A DNA stretch of 59,510 bases, filler included, from Rhizaria sp. SCN 62-66 (taxonomy: Eukaryota): NCBI GenBank assembly GCA_001724265.1. It is 2 parts of 2 records of this genome, joined end to end, with 100 filler letters (N's around TTAATTAATTAA, not from the genome) between each part and the next. Parts side by side here need not be neighbours in the genome. Positions count along the whole stretch, not along the records: positions 1 to 28,404 come from MEDY01000388.1; 1 more part is not named here. One strand, 5' to 3'. Both the position numbers and the translations under genes were made by a program. Each line of letters starts with the position of its first letter. The first letter of the stretch is position 1. Below are positions 1 to 10,493 of this stretch, in pieces. The notes below the pieces were generated by a model. The model searched no databases. It was not told where the DNA came from and saw only the letters and a list, made by a program, of their open reading frames with translations.

Positions 1-1
1 T

Positions 2-445
2 GCGCCAATTGGCGCATTTGCGCTGCTGGAGGCTGAGGACACGTTCACGCTCAGCTCGCACGTGCACAACTGCGTCGCTGTGACAAATGCTGTTGTTGCT
101 AGCGGCAATAGGGTGTCTTTGCAGACTGCTGGCCTTCAACCCGTGGCTCCCTCCGTCGTGTGCAACTTTGTGACAAGTTACAAAAGGCTGTTCGACATGA
201 CTCTCACGACCACAGTTGCGGGCGTCAACACGACGTATCCTTTGTCGCTCACAAGCACGCCGCCCGTGTCGTTCCGCTCGCTGACGGACTCTCCGCCTCA
301 GCCCTGTGCTGAGAACGCGGACTGTCTCTCCGGCGTTTGTTTGGCTGACGGAACGTGCGGCAAGGTTAGTGGCGCTGCTGCTTTGTCATTTTCTGCAAGT
401 GCGATGCTTATCACACTGCTGGCTATGTCTCTTTTCTTGATGTAA
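2..445 (+). CDS. 3' end of a probable GPI-anchored/surface protein (5' truncated by window edge)
   Basis: Frame is open from nt 2 to TAA at 443-445. A small Cys-rich module (CAENADCLSGVCLADGTC) is followed by small residues (SGAAA) and a terminal hydrophobic tail (MLITLLAMSLFLM), the typical GPI signal layout. Confidence 0.6.
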   Translation, partial: APIGAFALLEAEDTFTLSSHVHNCVAVTNAVVASGNRVSLQTAGLQPVAPSVVCNFVTSYKRLFDMTLTTTVAGVNTTYPLSLTSTPPVSFRSLTDSPPQPCAENADCLSGVCLADGTCGKVSGAAALSFSASAMLITLLAMSLFLM

Positions 446-1615
446 TCATTCCTTGCATATTTGTTTTTGTCGAGACGTTTGTTTTCATGAACGATCTATT
501 TTAAGTCTCTTTACATCAGCAGCAACTTGTGCAAGTGAAGTCTGCACAAGTCATTGTTGCTTATTGTCTTGTTGGATTCATAAGACGGCGTCTTTTCTTT
601 TTCCTCTTTGTATGTTTTTTTTGCTGACAACTGGCGGCAGTCTTGTCATTACCGATGTTGTTGCCGCGCATTATCGTTAAATTTCTTTTCAGATAATAAC
701 TGTCCAGATGCGCGAGTACTAGCGCGACTTTAACCAAATTATACCGAGGTCGAGCTTGTTTAAAATCTTCTCCTGTCCTATGTTTGTTGTTGTTTGTTGT
801 TGTTTAATAACTTGCACCATTTCACTTACGCCTGTTTTTAAATGTCTCAATTTGTTCGATACGCACATATGAAGAACGCGTCGCACGATTGAGGAACACA
901 AACATTCTCTTTTCTATCCTCTCTCAGCAGAATTCATCTGGATTTCCCTAGTCATCTATAACTTCTTTCATTGATCTGCATATGCATCGAATCTCATTTC
1001 GTGCCATGTCTTCCACAAAGTAATCGCTGTGTTGATACCAAGATGACAGTATGTTGGCTATTGTATCCTGATATCTACTCGCTCCATGAATGATGAAACA
1101 CATGAGTCGGAAGTCTGAAATACAATGCAGTTTTGCAGTTTTGTCACGGCAATCACTTTGTGTATTACTCATTCACTATGTAGAATTTTATTTCTCTCGA
1201 TTGAACAATGTATAACGGACCTTTCAACCCCGATTTACGCGCGGCCGCGTCAACTGAGCATCGTTATAACTTATAGCCTATGAGGTGGCGTAGGCGCGGT
1301 GCGTCACGGTGTTGTACAGCGTCTGCGCCTTGACAGCGCCATTCTAAAGAAAAACAAAAGTAAAAAGCAACATGAAAAAGCATGTTACATGTATCAAAAA
1401 TTATATCAGAAACGCCAGGCTGGCGCTGTGTGAAACACATGTTTCACCTGATCACTTGAAAAACTCGTCATGTGAAATAGAATAAAAATTATTCTAGTAA
1501 TAAACAAAAATATGTATTTTAACCCACTAAATAACTCGTACTAATATAAATTGATTCTTAAGGGCATTGAAACAAGGCTGAAATCACTCCTTTCTCATTC
1601 TCGCAACACTCGCTG

Positions 1616-4531
1616 TTACTCTTGCCCTTGTTCCTGCTCTTGTTGTTTCTCGAGCGCAATAACCTGTTTCAGCTCCGCCGCGTATGCGTCCACCGCGGCC
1701 GGCCCGAACACGCCAACCATCCACTGGTCCATGCTCGACTCCCAGGCGCCCCAGTCGGCCACCAGCGCAGCCACTTCATCGCTCGCCACCTCATCAATCG
1801 CCGCGTCCGAAGCCGTCTCAGCCGTCTCAACCGCCGCAGGCGCTGCCGCTGCCGCGGCGGCGGGGGCGCGGAGCCGGGCGCGGATGCGGGCGCGGATCGC
1901 GGCAGAGCACCCCGCGCGCCAGCGGCACCAGTCAGACATCGACGTCGCGCTCGCACTCGAGGCCGGCGTACTGGGGGGCGGCGCGGTTGAGCTAGAGCGG
2001 GCGCTTGCACTGGCAGCGACGGGGAGAGCAGAAGTGTCAGTGGGGATGGGAGCATTCGCTCTCGCATCGGCGCTTAGAAGAAAAGGGGCAAAAGTAGGAG
2101 CAGGGGTGGCGTACTGATGCTGTTGCTGCTGCTGTTGATACTGAAACTGGTACTGCTGCTGTTGCTGATGCGCGGGGTATTGCTGTGGCTGCTGATACTG
2201 CTGTTGGGAGCCGTGGTCAGGATGCGGCCACTGCTGGCCCTGATGTGGCTGTTGCTGCTGCCACGGTTGCTGCTGCCACGGTTGCTGCTGCCAATTAGGC
2301 TTTTGCCACGGCGGCTGTCCACTGTGAGCGGCGCTGTCGTCAACAACACGGCCCCCTGTCTCAGCGCTACCCTGAGCAACACCGTTGGCGTCGTCGCTGC
2401 CGCTGCTGCCGCTGATGACGCCGCCCTCTGGCCGCCAGAGCCCCGCGGGTCGGCTCGCAACGCCCAGCACTTCCGTCACGCTGCTGAACGCCACGCTCCT
2501 TCCGGTCCCAGCAGCAGTGGCAGCAGCAGCGCTTGCACCAGCAGCAGCAGCGGTAGCAGCGTTGTCGCTGGAGCCGGTGCTGCTGCTGCCGCGAGGTGTC
2601 GTAGCATCACCGAACCGAAGGCTCGGCTTGACAGTGCTAGTATTGGCACTGCTGCTGTTGCTGCTGTTCACGATGCTCCTGTTGACGCCGATGCCCCGGG
2701 CTCCCGCAAGCATGGCCACCTCGCCCGTGCTGAGCGTGCCCTGGCCGCGCGCCCGCGCCAGTCCACTTGCGCCCGCGCCCCCGGCGGCGGCGGCGGCCGC
2801 GGCGGCCGCAGCGGGAGCCAGAGTGACCGTGGGCAGGCCGAGCCGGCGCGAGAGAGCCTGGGTGGGCGCCCAGGGCAGGCGCAGGCGGGTCGCGGTCACG
2901 GTGCGCGCGGGAGAGCCCTTACTAGCGCCACTGCCAGTCCCACCGCCCCTGCTGTCGGCGGTGGTGGAGGTGTAGCTGCCGTAGCAAGCCCCGCGGGCGG
3001 CGCGGCCGGCGGCCCTCAGAGCCAGCGCCACGGCCGCCTCCGTCACAGCCTCCGCCTCAGCGTCGGCCTCAGCGTCGGCCTCGGCCTCAGCCTTAGTAGC
3101 GCCTGAGTGGGACTCGGCAGCGGCGGCAACGGCGGCGGCGGCGGCGAGCGCGGCGGCGGCCGTGGCCAGCGACAGCGCCGCGGCAGCGGCGGCCGCGGTG
3201 GCGGCGGCAGCGCGGCGGGCCGAAGGAGCCCGATCGGGGGAGCCCAGCTTCTGCTGCTGCTGTTGCTGTTGAATCTGTAGCTGTAGCTGTTGATGCATCT
3301 CTCGCGCGCGCTGCGACTGCGCCGGCGATTGCAACTGGATCAGCGACTGCTGCTGCTGCTGTTGCAGCGCTACCGGCGCGGGCGGGGGCAGAGGTCGGGC
3401 CAACAGCGCGGCGGCGGCGGCGGCCCGCAGGCCTCGGGGCAGCGAGGCCGCCACCAGCGACGCCGCAGCCGCCACTGCAGCCTGGGGCAGCGCGGCGCAG
3501 GCTCCGGCGCTGGCGCTGGAGCTGGCGCTGGGGACTGTAGATGCAGGCGCGGTGTCGGTGCTGTCCGAGACTGCGAGTGGGGCAGTGCGGAGCGTCGGCA
3601 TAGAGGGAGGAAGACAGGATATCAGCGAGGTCCGGTTACTCGCCCCGACCGCAGTCGCGCTCGAGTCCACCACAGCACGGTTAGCGCTTGTACTGTCCTC
3701 CCGGTCAGTCTTACCGTCGCTATCAGTATCGCTGTGATCGTCGCTGCCGCTGCCGCTGCCGCCGCCGACGCCGCCTCGGCCGCTCGAGTGAGGGCCGTGG
3801 CCTGGCAGCCCGTGGCCGAAGGAGCGCATGCGCTGCCTCAGCGCAGCGCCCCTAGCCTCCGCGGCCCCCGCGGCGGCCGCGGCAACCGAGCCCGGCACTG
3901 AGGCCGTCGCCAGCGCACTGCAGGCTCGCGACAACTCTGCCGCGGCTGCGGGCACGGCGGCTGAGGCGTTGGCTGATGCGTGGGCGGTGAACGCCGACGG
4001 TGCCGTTGGTCCGACGACTCGAATCACCACGACCCCCCCGCTCGCGCTCGCACTCGCACTTGAGCCAGCAGCAGCAGCATCGCCAGCGCCTGTGCCGGCC
4101 GCGGCGGCCCCACTGGCGGCCAGCGCGGCGGCCAGCAGCGGCGCCAACGCCGGCTGAGCCTGCGCGAAGCTGCTCATGTCGTCGCCGTCCATCAGAGACA
4201 GCAGCGAGGCAGAGAGCGCGGGTGGGCGGAACCGCGGCGCGCGCTGCTGCTGCTGATGATGATGATGAGGAGGAGGAGGTTGATGTTGCTGCTGCATAGA
4301 CAGGGGCTGAGAGCGGGTTGCAGTGGCCGATGGGAACTGTCGGGGACTGAACCCGCTGCTGCTAGCGGTCATGTAATGCGTGCTGCGTTTTGTTGGCGCG
4401 CCAAATATAAAGTCGTCGTTGTCGCCGTCGCCGTCGCCGGCGTTGCCACGGCCGCCGCGAGCGCTGCGGCCGCCGCGGTCGCCTCCGGGGCCTGGGCCGG
4501 CGGTGCCGGAGGTCCGCTTCAAGCGATGCAT
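1616..4531 (-). CDS. Hypothetical Ala/Gln/Ser-rich low-complexity protein (~971 aa)
   Basis: Long GC-rich ORF. First ATG is at 4531 (MHRLKR), just after a YAG acceptor at 4565-4567, and it ends in TAA. Contains QQQPW repeats and a Trp-rich helical C-terminus. No family recognised. Confidence 0.7.
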   Translation of the reverse strand: MHRLKRTSGTAGPGPGGDRGGRSARGGRGNAGDGDGDNDDFIFGAPTKRSTHYMTASSSGFSPRQFPSATATRSQPLSMQQQHQPPPPHHHHQQQQRAPRFRPPALSASLLSLMDGDDMSSFAQAQPALAPLLAAALAASGAAAAGTGAGDAAAAGSSASASASGGVVVIRVVGPTAPSAFTAHASANASAAVPAAAAELSRACSALATASVPGSVAAAAAGAAEARGAALRQRMRSFGHGLPGHGPHSSGRGGVGGGSGSGSDDHSDTDSDGKTDREDSTSANRAVVDSSATAVGASNRTSLISCLPPSMPTLRTAPLAVSDSTDTAPASTVPSASSSASAGACAALPQAAVAAAASLVAASLPRGLRAAAAAALLARPLPPPAPVALQQQQQQSLIQLQSPAQSQRAREMHQQLQLQIQQQQQQQKLGSPDRAPSARRAAAATAAAAAAALSLATAAAALAAAAAVAAAAESHSGATKAEAEADAEADAEAEAVTEAAVALALRAAGRAARGACYGSYTSTTADSRGGGTGSGASKGSPARTVTATRLRLPWAPTQALSRRLGLPTVTLAPAAAAAAAAAAGGAGASGLARARGQGTLSTGEVAMLAGARGIGVNRSIVNSSNSSSANTSTVKPSLRFGDATTPRGSSSTGSSDNAATAAAAGASAAAATAAGTGRSVAFSSVTEVLGVASRPAGLWRPEGGVISGSSGSDDANGVAQGSAETGGRVVDDSAAHSGQPPWQKPNWQQQPWQQQPWQQQQPHQGQQWPHPDHGSQQQYQQPQQYPAHQQQQQYQFQYQQQQQQHQYATPAPTFAPFLLSADARANAPIPTDTSALPVAASASARSSSTAPPPSTPASSASATSMSDWCRWRAGCSAAIRARIRARLRAPAAAAAAAPAAVETAETASDAAIDEVASDEVAALVADWGAWESSMDQWMVGVFGPAAVDAYAAELKQVIALEKQQEQEQGQE

Positions 4532-5167
4532 CGGGGGGTGACGGGACACGCGCGAGTCCGGACGCTGTGCGGAAAATAAAAAAGAAGTTAATTGTGAGCA
4601 AATTGACGGAATGTCAAGGTTTCAGTTCGATATCTAGTGAATAAGAGGCTTAGATTGGTGCTTAGGTCAGATCTAGGTGTCGAGGTTTTCGAGGCTGGTG
4701 GCGACGAGGACGGGGGTACTCGACAAAAACACAATCGACACTCGCGCAAACTTCCGTCAACAAGGATATCGTGTGTCTGCCAGATTACAATGTGGTGCCT
4801 CGTTTATAATATTTTTAAGTAATTTCTACCAGACTTTTATTACCTCTCACCCCCTCGTTCTTCTTCCCTCTCCGCTCTCCGGCCTCGCCCTCCACCTTGC
4901 CCCCTCTATCTCCTCGCTACAGCACGGCCAAGCAGCTTGAACCCTGTGTATTTGCGTCTGCTGCGTCGTCCTTACGCTTGCCTTGACTCCCACGCACACA
5001 GGCAGTCAGTGCCACAGTGCCAGTTGTGTCGCACAGCGCAGAGACAGCCAGCGCTTTTCAGAATCTAAGACTGGGCTTTGCTTTGCCCGCCCTAACCTCG
5101 TAACAGCAAACAGTCGTCGTAATAACGCGCTTAACAACGACTGCTGCAGCCTCACACTTCTCCCCGC

Positions 5168-7681
5168 ATGAGCTACCAGTCCGGTCGTGTACGTAACCAA
5201 TCCCTAACAATCCTCCCATGAAATCTCTCTCAGTCCTTCGCCACTCGACTCACTCTCCTGCCTCTCGCTTCCTTGCTTTTCCCACCCTCTGCTTTCTCCG
5301 CTTTCCTGCGCAGCCTGTGGAGGACGACAGCGCGAGCGAGGACGACTACACCACGGGCGGCCTCTTCTCCGCCGCCGCCGCCGAGCCGCAGTCCCCCTAC
5401 CTCGCCCCGCACCAGCTGTACTCCACCCCTGGCCCCGGCAGCGGCCCCGGCTACGGCGGCGGCTACGGCGGCGGCTACCCCGCTGGCCCCGCCTCCTCCT
5501 CCTCGTCCGCCGCTGCGGCCTCGGCCGCGGCGCTGCTGGGCGCGGCGGCGCGACCCGAGCTGCAGGGCTGGCTCTGGAAGCGCGACCCGCGGGGGCCTGA
5601 CTGGCGGCGGCGGTGGTTCCAGCTCATCGAGGGGCGCCTGCACTACGCCAAGGCGCCCGACGGGGCTCCGCTGGGCGCGATTCAGCTCTCGCGCGCGCTT
5701 GCAGCCGAAATGCCCAACCTACCCACTACGGTCACCCTCCCGCTGCCGCAGCCGCAGCAAGCGTCTAGCGTCAACCCCGCGAACCCTGCCTCGAGCTCTA
5801 GCTCTGGCGCTGGCGCTGGCGTTGGCGTCCCCGCGCCCGCGCTCGCGCCGCCCACGGCCCGCACGGCGGCCGAGGGCTTCCCTCTGCGCATCGACGTGGG
5901 GTCCCGCGTCTACATGCTGCGCGCGCCCACCGACGCCGAGCGCCGCGCCTGGGTCGAGGCCATCGTCCCGCTCTCGCGCGCGCACGCGGAGACGGCGCGC
6001 TTCCTCGACGCCGCCGCCGCCGTCGCCGCCGCCGAGCGCGAGCGCGCACTGGCCGCCGCGGCGCGCGCGCGCCCGCTGCTGGCGCTGTCAGCCGCGCTGC
6101 TGCACGCGACGCCGGGGCTCGTCCACCTCGCACGCTTCGCGGCCAGGGCCAGGGCCAGGGCCCGGGGGCTGGCCGGCGCAGCCGTCGCGGGCGCGGCGGG
6201 ACTTGCAGGCGCTGTTAATGGGAGTAGTGGGCCTGGCAGGGCCGAGCCAGGGCCGCTGGACGCGGCGGCGGCCGAGACTGCCGATGGACAGGTACGTTAG
6301 AATGCGATATAAAATATCAAGATGTCGATATTTCTAAACAGTTTTAATTTAATTATTTTATAGCTATATTTGTATCACGTCTTAATTCTCTACTTCACGT
6401 TGTTTTGTCCTCGCAATGATCTCCTGACTCTCCCTCTGACCGACGACTTGGTTTAACAATAACAATATTGTTTCTTTTTTTAGGAACTGGTCGCTTGGGA
6501 CGTGGAGCTCGGCAGCAGCAGCGGCGGCGGCAGCGGCAGCGACGACTACTACAACAACAACAACTCCAGCCATGACGACGACGAGTACGATGCGTGCGAA
6601 AGCGGGGAGAGTGCTCGCGACCGCCGCCGCCGCCGTCGCGCGCTGCGGGCCGCGCGCGCCGCCGCTGACGCCGCCGTGGAAGAGGCTGCTGCGCTGCGCG
6701 AGGTGCGCTGGGAGCAGGCCCTGCTGTCCTTGTCGAACAGCAGCACCACTAACGCTGACGGCGGCGCTGACAGCGGCGCTGACGGCGGCGACCAGCAGAG
6801 CGGACAGCTGACCCTACCGCACAGTCTTAGCGCCGCCGCCGCTGCCGCCGCCGCCCCCGCGGCCGCAGCCGAGGTGGCGGGCCCGGCGCTGCTGGTGCCC
6901 GCGGGCGCGCTGCTGCCGCCGTGCGGGCCGCTGGCGCTGCCCCAGCTGTTGTCGCTGCCGCGCGCGCACAGGGCCGCTCGCGCGCGCAGGCTGCTGCGCG
7001 CCCGCGCCGCGCGCCACTGGCAGGCGCTGCTGCTACTCTGGTCGCGCCTCGAGGCGCTCGCGCTGCTGGCCAGGCAGGCCGACGCCGCGGAGGAGGCGCT
7101 GCTGCGGCCTGCCGCCGCGCCCGCGCTGCGTGGTACGTGCTATGAAGCTATGCGATACGATGCGGCATGGAAACAATTGATGAGATATCTCGATGAAATC
7201 AGTTTACTTTAAAGTATATCTTTGTAATTGATTTTGAATTTTGGATGATAATTATTTGAACTATTTTGTAAATCGCTCATCTTGTCTCTATCCCCTTGGT
7301 TTTGTCTCTCTTTGTTTCCCCCAAGGCCGCCCTCCGGCCGCGCCAGCAGACGCCGAGGCCGACGCCGTGGTGGCCGCCGCAGCCGCGCAAGGCAGTTTGG
7401 GCGCGCTCCGCCTGACGGTGCGCCGCCGCTGGCTCTCGCTTGCGCTTACCGCCCTCCGCGGCGACTCGGTTCACAGCTCTAGCAATGGTAGCAACAGCAA
7501 TGTTGGCGGCGGCGGCGGCGGGAGAAACGGCGGCGAGTGCACTCTAGGCAACAGCGCCGCGCTGCGCGGCGCGCTGGGGCTAGCCCTGTCCCAGGTCGCG
7601 GGGCTGGTTTCCGCGCTGGAGACAGCTGAAGCCGAGGCCGCCGCAATGGCCCGTGCCGCACTCACTTATAGCTCTACCATC

Positions 7682-7743
<62 letters not shown>

Positions 7744-10192
7744 CGCTCTCACGACCCGCGGCATTGCTGCCGCCGCCCCTGCTGCTGCTTCTGCTAACGC
7801 CGCCGCCGCCGCTGACGTGGCCGTGGCCAGCAGCGGCTTCGGCGCGGCGCCTCTGTTCGCGGTCTGGTCACAGCTGTTGCTGCCGCTGTCCCAGCGCGTC
7901 TTCGCGCTGCTGCTGCCCGCTCACCGCGCCTTCCTGCGCTCCGCCTCCGCGCGCGCGGCGCTGCTGCGGACGCCCTGCTACGAGACGCCCGCGCTCTCAG
8001 GCGTCCTTCTGGCCGCCGTCGCCGCCGCGGAAAGCTCCGACACCGCCGCCGGCGACTCCATGGGCGTCGGCCTTGGTGGCGGCCCCGGCCTCGGCGGTGG
8101 CTCGATTGGCGGCGGCGGTGGTGGCAGCGGCGGCGGCGGTGGCGTGGGTTATGGCAATGACAACGGCGACGACAACAACGAAGACGAGTACGACTGGGAA
8201 TACACCGCTACGAGCAGCAACGCCAGCGCCCCCTCAGACCGTGTAAGGGGGGCGCGCGCCGCGGGTAGCGAGTGGCTTGAGGGCTGGTTCGCCACCGGGT
8301 CTTGGGCCCGGGCGTGGAATAAGCGCATCACTGCCCTGCCGCAGGCCGTCACCCTTTACCTCCAGCAGCAGCAGCAGCAGCAGCAGCATGCCAACGCCAA
8401 GCCCACCGACGCGTCTGCGCCCCCGCCGCCATCGTTGACCGCGGGCGACATCGCAGGTCTCGTGCTCCGCGTGCGGGCGTCGCTGTCGGCGCGCTACGCG
8501 CGGCCCGAGCCCGCCCGCGCGCTCGCCGCCTCGGCCGCGCTCTGGCGCGCGACCGAGGGGCTGCTGCGGCGCGCGCTTGCGCTCACGGTTACCGCCACCG
8601 CGGCCGGCAGCAACAGCAGCGGCGCCGAGGGCACGGTGCTGCCGGTGGCGCTGCTGCTCGCGGCCCCCGGGTCCCCCGCCGTCGCCGCCGCGTCGCCCGC
8701 CGCAGCTGCCGCCGCTGCCGCTGCCGCAACGGCTGCCGCCGGCTCTGGCTCTGGCTCAGGCTCAAGCACTGCTGGTGCCGCTGCGGCGGGGGCGGCGGGC
8801 GGCGCCGCGGTGCCCGGGCTGCTGCTGGGGCCCGCCGCCGCCGCCACCACCGCCGCCGCGGCCGCGCCGCCGCCCCTCGTCGTGTGCGCCACCAGCAGCA
8901 GCTACGGCCGTTCCACCTACAGTCCCAATGCAGACAAAGCTGCGAGTACGAGTGCTGCTGGCGTGGTCAAGGCGAGGCCCGTGGCGCTGCTCGGCAAGGT
9001 GGTGGCCGCTCTGGCTGCGGCCGCCGCGGCGGGCGCTGGCGCGGGCGCGGGCGCGGGCGCTCCTGTCACTGCTTCAGCCGCTGCAGCGCAGCAACAACAG
9101 CTGCAGCAGCAGAGGCATATGCTGGCGACTCGCTCGCTGTCGCAGTCCCAGCTGCTGTCGCCGTCCCACGCACAGGCGCAGGCGCAGGCGCACCAGAACC
9201 AGCAGCAGCAGCAGCAGCAATCGCGGCCGCAGTCCCAGTCCTCCGCGGCGGCCCTTTCGCACGCGCAGAGCCCGGGGACCGTGCCGCCCGCGGCCCACGG
9301 CCACGGCCACGGCGCCGCCAAGTTCAACACCGCGGCGGGCACCCACGGGCACGCGCACGGTACTCACGGCGCCCACAGCGGCGGCGGCGGCGGCGGCAGC
9401 GGCGCGGTGCCGCCGGCGGTCGCGCGCTCGCTCTCAGTCTCCAACATCAACAGCAACGCTGCCGCCGGCCCCAGCCACGCGCAGGCGCAGGCGCAGGCCC
9501 ACGGGCACAGTCTGAGTCACGGCGGGCTCGGCGTCGGCCTCAGCCACGGCCTCAGCCGCGGCGCCGGGCTGAGCGGCAGCGTCAGCAGCGGCCTCAGCGG
9601 CGGCATGAGCGGCGGCATGAGCGGGCTCAGCGGCGTCAGCGTCCGCCAGGCGCGCGCCGCCGCGGCCGCCGCGCTCGAGAGCGAGACCGCGGCGGGGCTG
9701 GCCGTGTGGGGCGCCGTCGACCTGGGCGAGGCCGAGCCTGCCAACAGCAGTGGTCCAGCGCACCGCCATAGCAGCAGCAGCAGCAGCAGCAGCGGGGGCG
9801 GGGGCGGGAATGCCGGTCCCCACACGGCGACGACGCACGCCACGGGCATCCCCGAGGGGATTGAAGACGACGAAGACGACAGCAAGAAGCAGAGTGCAGC
9901 GCCTGCCGGCGGCCTAACTTCCGCGCCTGCGGGCGGCTTGTCTTCCCGGTGGACGAACAAGGACCACCTGTTTGCCGCCGACGACGACGACGAAGGCACC
10001 GCCCCCCGCACCGCCGCCGCGAGCGGCAGTGCGACGACGACGACGAGAGTCAAGGCGGGGGCTGCGGAGCCTGAGACGGCGACTGCGGCTGCTGTCAATG
10101 TTGCGGACGCCGAAGCGAACTTGCTCGAGAGTCTGCTGGCTGAAGAGGACGACCTCGGTGCAGCGGTGGACGCCCTTGTCAACGGCGTGTAA
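5168..10192 (+). CDS. PH-domain protein with probable split RGS-like domain (~1504 aa, 4 exons)
   Basis: Exons 5168-5188, 5314-6291, 6484-7132, 7326-10192. All three introns start GTACGT, end CAG/TAG/AAG and preserve frame. PH motifs: LQGWLWKRDPRGPDWRRRWFQLIEGRLHYAK...RVYMLRAPTDAERRAWVEAI. RGS-like segments: LLLLWSRLEAL and SQRVFALLLPAHRAFLRS. Confidence 0.8.
7682..7744 (+). repeat. (AAC)21 coding microsatellite (poly-Asn)
   Basis: Perfect trinucleotide run inside exon 4 of the PH/RGS gene. Confidence 0.95.
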
Positions 10193-10493
10193 ACACTCAG
10201 CAGCACGCCGCTACGATACCAAGGTTTGCAACGTGTAGACGGACGCAAATGATATTCTACATCTTTAAAGAGAAATAATATGTCTTGATTATTAATAGTA
10301 CCGCTAAATCTATTACTGACTGTATAATAAACATTCATCACTATGTATTCAATACGACAATATCTCATGCAAACCGTACTTCTCAACTTATCATCACTTG
10401 ATTCAGCGAGTCTACACAGGCCACCAAAGGCTAGCAACGGTTGTAAATATGACAGATAAAAGACTACGACACTCCTCAGAGTAAATAGAAGCT

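Noticed and set aside
719-1172. Two short minus-strand ORFs ending in TAG
   Set aside because: AT-rich, no recognisable protein features, and reading through TAG extends them only a few codons. Not counted for or against the code hypothesis.
7133-7212. ORF continuation CYEAMRYDAAWKQLMRYL looks helical/protein-like
   Set aside because: Begins at a canonical GTACGT donor, is AT-rich, and splicing to 7326 preserves frame, so it is interpreted as intron.
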